A stretch of 64,000 nt of DNA, taken from contig NC_043013.1 of the NCBI RefSeq assembly GCF_006345805.1, forward strand, positions 14,880,001-14,944,000, in the 5' to 3' direction. The notes under the pieces were generated by a model. That model searched no databases. It was not told the origin of the DNA and was given only the letters and a program-made list of their open reading frames with translations. Source of the stretch: Octopus sinensis (Eukaryota). Shown here piece by piece: positions 1 to 12,748 of this stretch. Position 1 is the stretch's first letter; every line of letters begins with the position of its first letter. Both the position numbers and the translations under genes were made by a program.

Positions 1-124
1 ATTATACCATTTTGAAAAAAATTACATCTTATAGAAAAAAAAATTAAATATAGGATAAAAACATACACCAATTATTAAGTAATGTACAAAATAATAAATA
101 AAACGTATATAATGGATAAAATGA

Positions 125-204
125 CAACACATGTTTCGTGGCTATATTTAAGAACTGATAACAGTAAAATCAATTCAATTTAAATATAGCCACTCTTCAG
201 GTTA
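125..204 (-). ncRNA. Hammerhead-like motif with a 14-bp stem II
   Basis: AAC-CUGAAGA-GUGGCUAUAUUUAA...UUAAAUAUAGCCAC-GAAA-CAUGU. The cleavage site looks degenerate; a related copy lies at 25048-25146 (+). Confidence 0.5.
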
Positions 205-442
205 GAGATAAAAGCAATAAAATAATTAAATAAATAAATATATGTATATAATCTTGTAAAATACAAAATATCTTAACAAATATATTCTGGTGTAAATAAA
301 AATAAAATAAATAGGTATAAATATTTATTATATCTATAAAAATAAAATTTTAACTTATATAAGAAAAGAATAACAAACTATAATATATCATTACTAGGAA
401 ATTAAAATACAATCAATTAAATTATTTAAAACAAATATACAT

Positions 443-478
<36 letters not shown>

Positions 479-668
479 AGGCATGTATATATGTATGTAT
501 GTGTCCTGTTTTCCATTTGCTTCTCTCGTTGTTTTGCATATTGTATTCATTTGCTTCCGTATTTCATGTTGTTTACTGTTGGTGACGTCCTGTACTCATA
601 TATGCATGTGTATACATACATACATACATACATACATGCATGCATACATACATACATACATACATACA

Positions 669-704
<36 letters not shown>

Positions 705-1172
705 TATATATTATTTACATTATTATTTGATTGAATGCCGTGCATCCATTTCCAAGTAAGTTTATCTTCATCTTTTTGATGTGACCCTACTTTATACTGT
801 TTTCTCTCTCATCCTTTCTCTGATTCCCTTTTTTCCTCCCCTTCACAGTTTTCTATCTGTCTCTCTCTCCCTCTCCCTTTTTCTCCATTTCTCTCTCTCG
901 TTGCTCACACATGACCATCATCCATCTTTCTTTTCCTCATGTGATCGTCTTTCTTTTCTTTCAGGACTGTCTTCAGGACACCACATATCCTATCTTTTCT
1001 CTTGTCAATAAAAATATTTCTCCAGCATTCATTATTTTACCCTTGTTCTGGTCTAACAACCCTCCATGTTTGTTTTCATTCAGTTTCCTTGTATGTCTCC
1101 ACTGTCCTGCTTCTGTTCCCAACTTTGACCCCTCATAAATCCCAAATCTTATTTTGATACTTATGGGAGCAA

Positions 1173-1245
1173 CTGTCTTCAAAGACTCATTGTCATTCAA
1201 TGCTTGAAATGAGGAGTAGATAGACAGCCGACAACTGATGAAGGG
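1173..1245 (+). ncRNA. Degenerate permuted hammerhead
   Basis: CUGUCU..CUCA-UUGUC..GAAA-UGAG..AGACAG-CCGACAA-CUGAUGA-A-GGG. Same helix order as above; about 2 nt appear to be missing at the cleavage site. Confidence 0.5.
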
Positions 1246-1396
1246 TCATTCTTTATGTTACTTGCCCTGTTTTCCATTTTTTTGTCGTGTTGTTTGCATA
1301 TCAAACTCTTTTGCCTTTGTATTTCATGTTGTTTACTAATGGTGACGTCCTGTGCCCATATATGCATGTGTATGTATATATATATATATGTGTGTG

Positions 1397-1452
<56 letters not shown>

Positions 1453-1719
1453 AGTCACTTTGGGTGGGTGTCTTCCGCTATAGCCCCGAGCCGACCGGAG
1501 CTTTGTGATTGAATTCGGTAGGTGGAAGTCATTGCCGTGTGTGTATGTGTGCGTATAGCTGCTCAGTGCCTCTCCGAAAGAGAGAGAGAGAGGGATATGT
1601 GAGTGTGTATGTATATATGTATATATGTATATATATGTATGTATATATATATATGCATATATGTATGTGTATGTATATATATATGTATATATATATATGT
1701 ATGTATATATATATGTATG

Positions 1720-1755
<36 letters not shown>

Positions 1756-2518
1756 TATATATATATTCTTGTGGCTGACTAGATGGATGGATATATTGAT
1801 AGATGGACCAAGAGACAACAAGCAGACTGTAAAAGATCAGATCATAAAACCAGCAGTTTTATCTATAGAGATAGTTAAGCATGATGTGATGAGAAAATTG
1901 GCTGTGAAAAAAGAATTTGTGTCTTATTGATAAAGTAATTGATCAGCTTGTTGAGAAATATCTATTGAAACCAATTTACGCAGTAACAACAGGTGTTTGT
2001 TGGTGAATGATTCCACTACATTTTATTGCTGTTTATTTCTCAGCTCAGCGTTGATTAAAAGTGTTCCAGTCATGCCCACCGCATTTTATTGCTGTTTATT
2101 TCTCAAGTCGAATTTGATCAGTAGAAACCAAACATAAACAAAACAAACGAAGAAGGTATGATCCTCCGACCTGTCTTGAAGGACAGTAATTCTGAACAAA
2201 ACAGTCTCAGGCTATTGCTAACTCATCTAACTCATGCCAGCATGGAAAGAAACTGTAGAATGATCTTCCCTTCTATCTTTTATTTGTTTCAGTTATAGTA
2301 CAGTAACTGTAACAAGTCATGGTTCCTAATGAACCTATATCATAGCAAGAAACTCAAAATAGGGCAGCTGTGTTGTACTCTCTCCCTCACCAAAAGCCAG
2401 TTGCATAAAAATGGCCACTGAAAAGGTGACTACACTGGCAGTGATCCAGAATGGCTAAAGCCTTAGGGCTGAAACATACATTAATGAAGTAAAAGAAAAG
2501 AACACACATACATGCATA

Positions 2519-2569
<51 letters not shown>

Positions 2570-2977
2570 GTACATGCATACATATATATACATACATGGT
2601 GGCTGCCCCCTCGTTATCGATTATGGCCATTGCACGAATCATAATCAATGTTGTTATCATGCAATGCCTGTGCAAGAAGATTTTTTTTTAAGTGAGGAAA
2701 GGCTGTGCACTGAGTCAATCCCACTCACTAAGCAACAGCAGCCATAATCCGAAAAGAAGAACAAGTCAACATCATCGGTAACCACTGAGCCGCAGGTTTT
2801 ATGTCGGAGTTATCCCAGTTACCTGAGTTGCCTTCTCCTAGAAGGATGCCCTGACAAAGGCTAGGAGTCCTTCACTCCCAATGGTTTAACCGCGCGATCG
2901 GGTATTCAGTCTGATTATTTCTATGTCCCCACACATGATACAGCCTTAAGACATACATACATACGTGTGTGTATATA

Positions 2978-3048
<71 letters not shown>

Positions 3049-3127
3049 ACACATATATATATATGCACATACACACATATATATACTTATATAGATACAT
3101 ATATACACACACATATACATACATATG

Positions 3128-3195
<68 letters not shown>

Positions 3196-3197
3196 CA

Positions 3198-3647
3198 TAA
3201 GGGTGTAGTCAAAATAAGATGTGGGGACAAAGTGTTGAGAAAGGATCTACAGATATTGGGACTCACAGAGGGGATGACAGGAAACTGAGATTCCTGGCAG
3301 TTGGCGCTACTTGAGAAAACATGCCACACTAAGTAAAAGCATAGTTTTCCTTCCTTATAGGCTTGCTCCCTACATCCCTTTCTAGCTGAGCATTCCTAAT
3401 CTTGAGGGCTTGTGGCTACTGGTTCCATGTAAAAAGTACCTGTACCAGTATCTCATAAACACACCAGTGTCAGTGCTGCGTAAAAGCACCCAGCACACTT
3501 TGTGAAGTGGTTAGCGTTAGGAAGAGCATTCAGCCATAGAAACCATGCCAAAACAAATTATGGAGCCTGGGCAGCTCTTCAGCCGGCTAGGTTTGGTCAA
3601 ACCGGACACCTCATGTCAGCATGGAAAACGGACATTAAATGATGATA
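3198..3647 (+). mobile_element. Old RTE 3' fragment
   Basis: [16 protein letters not shown] resembles VVKHDLRTLGLTEEMT, followed by diverged UTR and a GAT tail. Confidence 0.7.
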
Positions 3648-4456
3648 ATATATATGTATTATCTTTTATTAAACTTTTAATACTTTTGATATATATTTAA
3701 AATAATATAAATTAATTAATTTTATGTATTGGTTTATGTTTTTCATTGTTTGATTTGCCTAATAGTGGTTTTATCTCTAATTTAATATAATATAATATAA
3801 TATATTTATGCTATAAAATTGGATTTAATCCTAAATCTGATTTTTCCCTGTAAGTTTGGATTTATTCCCGAATATTTTATTATATATATATATATATATA
3901 TATTCACACACACACACACACATGAGAGACAGCTACACAGTTTCTGTCCAACAAATTCTCTTTGAAGGCACTGGTTGGCTAAGGGTTATATTTGGAGATA
4001 CTTGTCCAAGACGCAAAAAAAGGGGGGATTGAACCACGTGACTGCAAAAAGCTAGCTTCTTAACCACACAGCTGTATCTGTAAACCGTGTAACTATTGAA
4101 GAAAGGTGTACCAGGGGTGGGGCGGGGGACTCCTGTTGTATATTGTTAAATTCTTTCTGTATGTCACTTGTCACAGAAATAATCATTTACACACACACAC
4201 ACATACACACATACACACAGGCATGCACAGATGCACACATTTTCACACACACATGCCCTCCCCCCACACATACACACACACTGTCATACAAATATCAACA
4301 ATAAAATTTTAATTACTATTACTAGAATGTTACCTGCTACTTTTATCTTTTTATGTTTGGACTGTTATAATTCCCCATTTCACACTCAACTACTGACACA
4401 TCTTTCACTCTCTCTCTCTCTCCCTTTCATTATACCCATAAGGCTCTAGTCCTTAA

Positions 4457-4675
4457 CCCTTTCATTGCTAACCCGGCCAAAACCGGCTCTGGTTCTGTAG
4501 TACAAATGTCTTGTTTTCATAAGATTTGCATCAAAATATACCACCAAACATTAGTTGCAATTTATATTCCTAACACTAGCTTAATGATAACTAAGTTATT
4601 TTACTAAATTCTTTGTTATATTTAAAGTAATTGAAAGAAACACAAAGCATCTCAAAATAAATAGTAACGAAAGGG
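4457..4675. mobile_element. piggyBac-like MITE
   Basis: TTAA|CCCTTTC...GAAAGGG|TTAA; second copy at 53990-54630. Confidence 0.8.
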
Positions 4676-5590
4676 TTAATGCCCCTACAAGCATTTTTGT
4701 AACAAATGACTTTTTTGTGGGTTTTTTTAAACTCTTCTTTGTTCTAGAAATTAATCAATTCTGTTTGAATCGAAATTTTCCACCTATTCATTGATGCTTG
4801 TAAATTCATCTGTATCCTGTGGGAGTGTCTTATTGGTTGGAGTAATGATTTCTCAGAGAGATATTCGCAACCTGTGACATTGTTACTCAGAGCAAAGTCA
4901 TATGTTACAGTCACATATTTAATAAGAAAAGACATTTTTAACTATCTCCATGAAAATCTACCCTGTATTTAAATCATTAGGCTTAACGACTAGAGGAAGA
5001 AAGAGTAAAGGTTGAGTTGGACTTTCGTTAAAACCAGCATCAAAAAAGCACCCACTACACTCACGGAGTGGTTGGCGTTAGGAAGGGCATCCAGCCGTAG
5101 AAACACTGCCAGATCAGACTGGGCCTGATGCAGCCTTCTGGCTTCACAGACCCCAGCTGAACCGTCCAACCCATGCTAGCATGGAAAGTGGACGCTAAAT
5201 GATGATGATGATGATGAAGATGATGTTCTTTTCACTGTGAGATCTGTATATATATCCCATCCCACCTCATCCCATTCCTTACACCCTCTCCCACATACAA
5301 CACCTCTACCCCCACCCTCTGCCTACCCACAAACCCCACCTCTACCCCCACCCTCTGCCTACCCACATACCCCAACCCTCAGCCTAACCCACACCCCACC
5401 CATGCTTTCCCCACTCTCGCCTCCCCCACATTTTCACACCTACACATACACACATGCACACGTCAAACCCACCAGCCCTCTTTCACATGCACACACGTAT
5501 TCTCTTATACACACACGCACCTTCGTTGTGGGGGGTCATCTTTACTTTGTAATCTCCCCTACTGTGTAACGCTTCTGTCCGGCAGTCGCC

Positions 5591-5775
5591 ATGATAGATC
5601 GGTAGCCACTACACACATTTTTTTTCTCTCCTTGTTTTTTTCTGTGTCCCTTTCCGTAGAAGAGCATAGCCTCGAAACATAAAAGACTTTTTCAATTCCT
5701 GAGCATTATACTAATACCTCTGTTTATTTTGCACACCACCTGTCTTCGTCTTTTGTTTTTTCGTGAACTCTCCCT
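5591..5775 (+). mobile_element. Short Penelope-like element with variant hammerhead core; partner at 42292-42477 (-)
   Basis: Reverse-complement similarity to 42292-42477; core C(C/U)GUAGA-A-GAG..CUC-GAAA. Confidence 0.55.
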
Positions 5776-6129
5776 ATATATATATATATATACACATACA
5801 TATATATAAAATGAATAGTTATAGTCTTATTTACATTGGAATAATTATTATATCTTTTATCTTTTACTTGTTTCCATCATCAGACTGCAACAATTGCTGG
5901 GGCATCACCTTTTTGTTTTAAACCTTGGTACTATTATCCCCTTTTGCTGAGCCACTAAGTTATGGGAGTCATGAACAAACCAACACTGGTTGTCAGGTGT
6001 TGGTGAGGGACACACATAGACACACATGCATACACACACACACATGCCTATGCAACACGTGCACACACATACACACACATGTACATAGATGCACACACAT
6101 ATGTTTACATTAAAATCCGTCCATCTATT

Positions 6130-6400
6130 TCTCATCCGTTGTCTCTACCCATTATTCCTGGAAGGGTCATGGAAGTAGAGTCTTCAGGTACCTCCTCTAA
6201 TCAGAAGCAACAGTCATTAAACTTTCCAGCTGGATTCCCTAGTATAACCAACAGACTATGGATATTATCCACCCATTTTGTTCTTGGTTTACCCCTGGGT
6301 CTTCTGCCTATTGGCTTGGTTTGAAGAATTTGTCTTGCACTCCTTCCCTGCAACATTCTAATCACATGTCTGTAGTACTGGTACTGTATCCTCCCAATGT
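6130..6400 (-). mobile_element. Decayed RTE-type LINE C-terminal fragment (different family)
   Basis: YYRHVIRM...GRRPRGKPRTKWVDNI motif. Confidence 0.6.
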
Positions 6401-7047
6401 GGAGAAATAGAAGTTCTACCTGGAGAAACACCCCAATCTCATGGCAATGCTTCCAATCAGTTAAGATCAGAAGCGATGAGAGTACTGCTTGGTTGAGTGA
6501 GAGAGCAGCACATGCCATCAGAATGACATTGGGGTACAAATATATGAAGCCCAGTATACCCATCATGACTACCCATCTGATAAGGGTACACCAGGCATAT
6601 GCATCATAACCATATGAGCACAGCATAGTGATCTGATATCAAGATAAACAGTGCATGATCTTGCAGGTGAGGCCCAGTTAGAATTTTCTTCAGTCAAGTA
6701 GCCAATCTCACTCAAAAGGTCCCTGAATAAGGGTTATTTAAGGATGATGAATTAAACACACATGTTTTTGGAAGTGAATTTTTCAAACTCTAAAGAATTC
6801 CTCTCAACACATGATTATGATGCTCCCCCACTACTCTAGCTTGTGATCAGAGTTACATGTATTATCGAGCACTAAGGGATATGCTCAACAAGTTCAGGTC
6901 AAGCAACTGACAAGTAAATCTGCGGAATTTAGCAGAACATTTGCAGTTGCCTGTCTTTTACACTAAGACAAAACATGTACATGGTAATGTTTCCAATCAG
7001 TTTATATCAGAGGACATGAGAGCCACTACATGGTATTGCATCAGCAC

Positions 7048-7610
7048 ATCATCATCATCATCATCATCATCATCGTTTAACGTCCACTTTCCATGCTAGC
7101 ATGAGTTGGACGATTTTGACTGAGGGCTGGTGAACCAGATGGCTGCACCAGGCTCCAATCTTGATTTGGCTGAGTTTCTACAGCTGGATGCCCTTCCTAA
7201 CGCCAACCCTTCTGAGAGTGTAGTGGGTGCTTTTACATACCATGGCATGGGCGCCAGTCAGGCGGTACTGGCAATGACCTCGCTCGAATCTTTTTTACAA
7301 ATGCCACCAGCACAGGTGCCAATAAGGCGACGTTGGTAACGATCATGCTCAAATGGTGCCCTTTTATGTGCCACCGGCATGGAAGCCAGTTGGCTGCTCT
7401 GGCACCCTACTAGCACGGGCACAAATGCCAGTAAGGCGATGCTGGTAACAATCACACTCGAATGGTGCCTTTTATGTGCCACTGGCACAGAAGCTGGTTA
7501 GCCGCTCTGTCAATGATCATGCTCGTATGGTGCTCTTTGCACCCCGCTAGCATGGATGCCAGTCATCGAATGTGATTTTGATTTCACTTGCCTCAACAGG
7601 TCTTCGCAAG
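7048..7610 (-). mobile_element. RTE 3' UTR-only insertion, representative of many copies (about 5035-5225, 10070-10308, 24544-24787, 26440-26743, 29150-29640, 39060-39365, 39610-40030, 40745-40990, 42945-43368, 44300-44897, 56032-56159, 61761-61940)
   Basis: Shared GGTTGGCGTTAGGAAGGGCATCCAGC...CCATGCTAGCATGGAAAG(C/T)GGACGTTAAAC(GAT)n 3' end, matching the LINE at 29981. Confidence 0.85.
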
Positions 7611-7611
7611 C

Positions 7612-8215
7612 AGGTGCAATGAAACTGCTCTACATGCCCTCATCGAGTGCTCATGTATTTCTGACTTGTGGGCTTATGTCAAACACCTATTGTTGCGGGT
7701 AGGATGGATCCAGCTATCGGCCGAGTCCATTGTGTAGATAGTCCTGGCTACCTTCTTTGGACTGGGAAGGGAAGGCTATCTTTCTTTGTATGATAACTTT
7801 AGCAAAAATGTGTTGAACCAGATTGAAAATGGCTGAAAACAAATACTTTCTTTTTTGACCAAGCCCTCATTAAGGAAAGTGAGGGTCAAGAGAGAAGTGC
7901 TGTCTCCTAGCAATTTTAAAAGGTGGGCGAATGTTGCAAGAATGGTCTGAGTGAAAGAGCCTACGCTAAGCATGTACCTGTAAGATGAAGAGGGACAATA
8001 TGAAGAGAACACTTGCCCTAGTAGTCGGGGTGACTGTGGTTTTTGTGGGGTCTCCATGAGCAGCTCTAGGAAGTATCCCTCTTGTTATAATTTTATATTG
8101 CTAGTGTTTTATTTTTTATACACCTTTTATGTAACCCCATACTGTCCCCAATGTTTTTGTGAACCTTTAGTGGTTAATAAAGAAAAAATTATTGTTATTA
8201 TTATTATTATTATTA
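7612..8215 (+). mobile_element. L1/Tx1-like LINE 3' remnant
   Basis: RCNETALHALIEC zinc-knuckle-like motif, decayed C-terminus, AATAAA and an (ATT)n tail. Confidence 0.55.
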
Positions 8216-9864
8216 TGGTGAGCTGGTAGAGTTGTTAGCACACCAGGCAAAAGGCTTAGTGGCATTTCATCCATCTCTACATTCTGAGTTCAAATTCTAC
8301 CAAGCTCGATTTTGCCTTTTATCCCTTCAGAGTCATTAAAATATGTACCAGTTGAGTTGCTGACCTGGAGCTGAAATTTGTAATTATTATTATTATCATT
8401 ATCATTATTATTAAGGCAGCAAGCTGGCAGAATCGTTAGCACACTGGACGAAATGTCACTCATCACTACATTCTGAGTTCAAATTCTGTTGACTTTGCCT
8501 TTCATCCTTTTGAGGTTGATAAAATAAGTACCAGTTGAACAATGGAGTCGATGTCATCAACTCATCCCCCCACCTCACCCAAGCTGCCCTTGTGGAAAAA
8601 ATTTGAAACTATTATTACTATTATCACTATTATTATTACTATTGCTATACTAAGCTGATACTACATTGTTCATGATGTCCATCCTTAAAGTAACCTTCCT
8701 AAACAAAAGTGACACCTCAGCAAAGAAGGTTTTTTTCCAAGTAGCTTGGTCTCTTTGAACTCAGCTATGTCTACACTTCAACATCGTCAATGGCTATGAA
8801 AACTGATCTACATTGGGGTGGGTCTGTTCTGTTACGAACATCAAGAAGTGTCTTTATATTTCATATAAATAGGCTGACACATATTTTATTTGAGTTTCTT
8901 TTCTTTTCTGTTTTTAATGTTTCAGTTGCTAAGTTGAATGTCATTCTTGGTGACCAATAACGGTTTCCTGTCCAGGAGCTTTTGCTGTGTGAAAAATATT
9001 TGGGTCATGTTTTCTCGTTTTTTCATAATTGGAGTGAACAGCATAGTTCTTAAATAAAGATGTTAAAGTGCACAAAGGCCTGGCAAGAGTAACTCAGTCC
9101 CAATTATCAAAACCTGGTGCCCCAAAACTGCAGAAAAAATAGATTTCACTAAGAAGTTACTGTATATTTAGGGTTGCTTCCATTCTACCTGACTCCCCTC
9201 CATCACCAAAGTTTAGTTCCAGTCATAGGTAATACCTGTGCACTGAAGCTCTAGAATGGTATTAAAGGTGAGCACTATTCTCAGTATCTTTTATCTTTTA
9301 CTTGTTTTCATCATGACTGTGGCCATGTTGGGGCATCACCTAGAAGAATATTTTAGTTGAATGAATTGACTCCAGTAATTATTTTTTGGGCTAAACCTGG
9401 TACTTATTCTATGAGTCCCTCTTGCCAAACTGTTAAGTTAAGGGGACATAAACACACCAACATTGGTTGCTAAGGGTAGTGGGAGACAAACACAGACACA
9501 ATGACACACAGACATTAATTCTTCTGTCCCTCTGCTTCTACTTCTCTCTCTTCTCTTCCCAGAGAAGCCTGCTCTCTCTTCTTGGTCTGACCGTGGTCCG
9601 TGCAACATCGATATTCTTCCCTGTGTTTGTGAAACCTTTGTATCTTTGCTGTAAGGCTTCATTTCCACACACACCAGCTTAATTCAATTAGTCCTTAGTC
9701 GAAAGACAGCTGTTGTTGTGTCCTGTTATTATTTTTATTTTATTTTTTTATTGTATTTATATTTGTTTAACATTATCCGTTTTTTCCATCCTTGTTTTTG
9801 TATACATTTGCTGCTTTCTTCCAAGGAATCTAATGCTCTTAGCTTAGTTTTTCCTTGGGGCTGG

Positions 9865-9934
9865 CCAGATTGGAGCAATCTCAAGAATAATCAACTGAAA
9901 TTGCAAGGATAATCTGGTTCTTGACTGAAGATAG
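9865..9934 (+). ncRNA. Candidate non-circularly permuted hammerhead ribozyme
   Basis: CCAGATT..GCAA-UC-UCAAGAA..CU-GAAA-UUGC..AAUCUGG-UUCUUGA-CUGAAGA-U-AG. All core nucleotides are present; stems I and III and an extra helix are perfectly complementary. Confidence 0.7.
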
Positions 9935-10595
9935 AAAACTTTAAATGACCCATCTTTGTTTTCTTTGTATCGTCTATCTGGATGTTTTGTTGTCCCTTTT
10001 TGTATCACCTAGTTGTACGGATGTTTTGCGTTCTTGTCTCATTTTGTATTTTATATATATATATATATATAAAGCACCATCCGACCGTGGCCGTTGCCAG
10101 CTTTGTCTGGTCTCTGTGCCGGTGGCACGTAAAAAGCACCCACTACACTCACAGAGTGGTTGGCGTTAGGAAGGGCATCCAGCTGTAGAAACACTGCCAG
10201 ATCAGACTGGGCCTGGTGCAGCCTTCTGGCTTCCCAGACCCCAGTTGAACCGTCCAACCCATGCTAGCATGGAAAGCGGACGTTAAACGATGATGAAGAT
10301 GATGATGATATACAATGGATTGCACCAGTCTCCAATCTTGATTTGAGAGTGTAGTGGGTGCTTTTTACGTGCCACCGGCACGGGGGCCAGGCAGGCGGTA
10401 CTGGCAACGACCTCGCTCAAATCCTTTTACACATGCCCCCAGCACAGGTGCCAGTAAGGCAACTTTGGTAATGATCACGCTCGAATGGTGCCCTTTTATG
10501 AGCCACTGGCACGGAAGCCACTTGGCTGCTCTGGCAATGATCACACTGGGATGGTGCTCTTGGCACCCTACTAGCATGCATACAAGTGCCAGTAA

Positions 10596-10627
<32 letters not shown>

Positions 10628-10863
10628 AAATATGTATATATAAATATATACACACATACAGATATATATATACACACAGAAATAGATACATATATGTGTG
10701 TGTGTGTGTAGTAAGTAGCTTGCTTACCAACTACATAGTTCTGGGTTCAGTCCCACAGTGTAGCACCTTGGGTAAGTGTCTGCTACCATAGCCTCAGGCT
10801 GACCAAAGCCTTGTGAGTGGATTTGGTAGACGGAAACTGAAAGAAGCCCTTCGTATATATGTA

Positions 10864-11430
10864 TTGGGTTGTCCGGAAAGTTCGTGCCAATTTTTAAAGG
10901 AAAGAAAAAGGTCAATAGATATTTGCCATTACATTTTTAATCAACCAAATATGAACCATTTTGTTGTACAATGCATCTCCATCTTTCCTTTAACTTGAAA
11001 ATACCCTCTTCTCAGAATTGAGGTGGTTTCATAGCAAAAAATTCATCAAGGTATCTTTTTACGTCATCCAAGGAATTGAAATTTTTTCCATTAAGACTAT
11101 TCTGCAGAGACCTGAATAAGTAGAAATCCAAAGGAGCAATATCTGGTGAATATGGAGGGTGGGGTAGCACATCCCAGCCTGAGCTGCAGCAATTTTTGTC
11201 TGGTTCCCAAAGCATCAAGTGCCAAAAATGAACTTTCTTATCTTCCATTTTAAATGGTTACAGAATTAACACAGGTTATAGGAACATAAACCTTCTTCCA
11301 CGAAAAGATAGCTTAAACTGTGCTCTAAATGGAGTTGTAGTCAAATACTATTTCATGGACTCAACCATGTTCTAAAATAAGTCAAAAGTTAAGCTACTAT
11401 AAATTGGCACGAACTTTCTGGACAACCCAA
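10864..11430 (-). mobile_element. Mariner deletion derivative inserted in a SINE
   Basis: About 30-bp TIRs TTGGGTTGTCC(G/A)GAAAGTTCGTGCCAATTT, TA flanks, internal WDVLPHPPYSPDIAPLDFYLF. Confidence 0.92.
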
Positions 11431-12647
11431 TATATATATGTGTGTGTGTGTGTATATGTTTGTGTGTCTGTGTTTGTCCCCACAACATCGCTTGACAACC
11501 GATGCTGGTGTATTTACGTCCTTGTAACTTAGCAGTTCAGCCAAAGGGATGTTGGAATAAGTACTAGGCTTACAAAGAATAAGTCCTGGGGTCGATTTGC
11601 TTGACTAAAGGCAGTGCTTCAGCATGGCCACAGTCAAATGACTGAAACAAGTAAAAGTATAAAAGAATATATACATACATACATCTGACTGGCCTGGTGC
11701 AGCCTTCGGGCTCCCCAGACCCCAGTTGAACCGTCCAACCCATGCTAGCATGGAAAGCGGACGTTAAATGATGATGATGATGATGATGATACATACATAC
11801 ATATAAATATGTATATTTGTATACACTCATGCACATCCTCATGGATGCAAAGATACATTTACCACACATACACACACACACACACTCGTACATACACGTA
11901 CACACAACTACGAATCATTAAGGAGTGGCGATGACTACATAGCAATAAGTACACTTCCCTTTCATACCAATACTCCTCTCCCCACCATTACCAGTACCAC
12001 CACCACCGCCACCACCACCACCATCACCACCATCACTTTCATGAGCATTCGTTTTTTGCACTATCATTAACACTACCATTCTCATCATCATTATATCACC
12101 ACCACCACAATTACTATAACCATAACCATGACCACCATCACCACCACCACAACCACTACTGTTTCGGCAACCCATACCATTATCACTATCACTACCACTT
12201 CCATCACCATGTTACCACCATCAACATCACGTAACCACCACCACCACCACCACCACCATCATATCAAAATTGCCATCACTACAACCAGCAGCAGTAGCAG
12301 TAGCAGCAGCAGTAGCAGTAGTAGTAGTAGTAGCAGTTGTAGCCAGGTTGCTAAGAATATAAAACCACCCTGCACTTCCACTGTGCAGTCAGTCTGATGC
12401 GACATCAAAGGAATAAAGTTGTTGAAACAACACTGCTGCCATGGCAACGTGTACAGGACGTACAAAAGGAGAGTAAGTAGGAAGCATTGTTTTCTACTAC
12501 TACTACTACTACTACTTCTGCTGCTGTGTTGTTGTTGTTGTTGTTGTTGTTTTTGTACTGTTTCACATTAACCTATGCAATGTTGTATCTCATGTTCTCT
12601 TCTAATGTCCCCAATCACCTTTGGGTCCTACTGGTCAATAAAGAAAC

Positions 12648-12676
12648 TATTATTATTATTATCATCATCATCATCA

Positions 12677-12720
<44 letters not shown>

Positions 12721-12748
12721 ATTATTATTATTATTATTATTATTATTA
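12648..12748 (+). repeat. (ATT)n/(ATC)n trinucleotide microsatellite, probably a LINE tail
   Basis: Follows AATAAAGAAA, as at 8176-8215. Confidence 0.85.

Noticed and set aside
447-3329. Many ORFs rich in YI, HT, CV or IYLS repeats, here and throughout the window
   Set aside because: Translations of (TA)n, (CA)n, (TACA)n and (CTAT)n microsatellites; not genes.
4748-4794. Acceptor-like site followed by a short frame (INQFCLNRNFPPIH*), similar case at 8926-8960
   Set aside because: No homology or partner exons; such sites arise by chance in T-rich DNA.
11918-12397. Poly-Gly, His, Thr and Ser ORFs
   Set aside because: Degenerate (CAC)n, (CAT)n and (AGT)n trinucleotide repeats.
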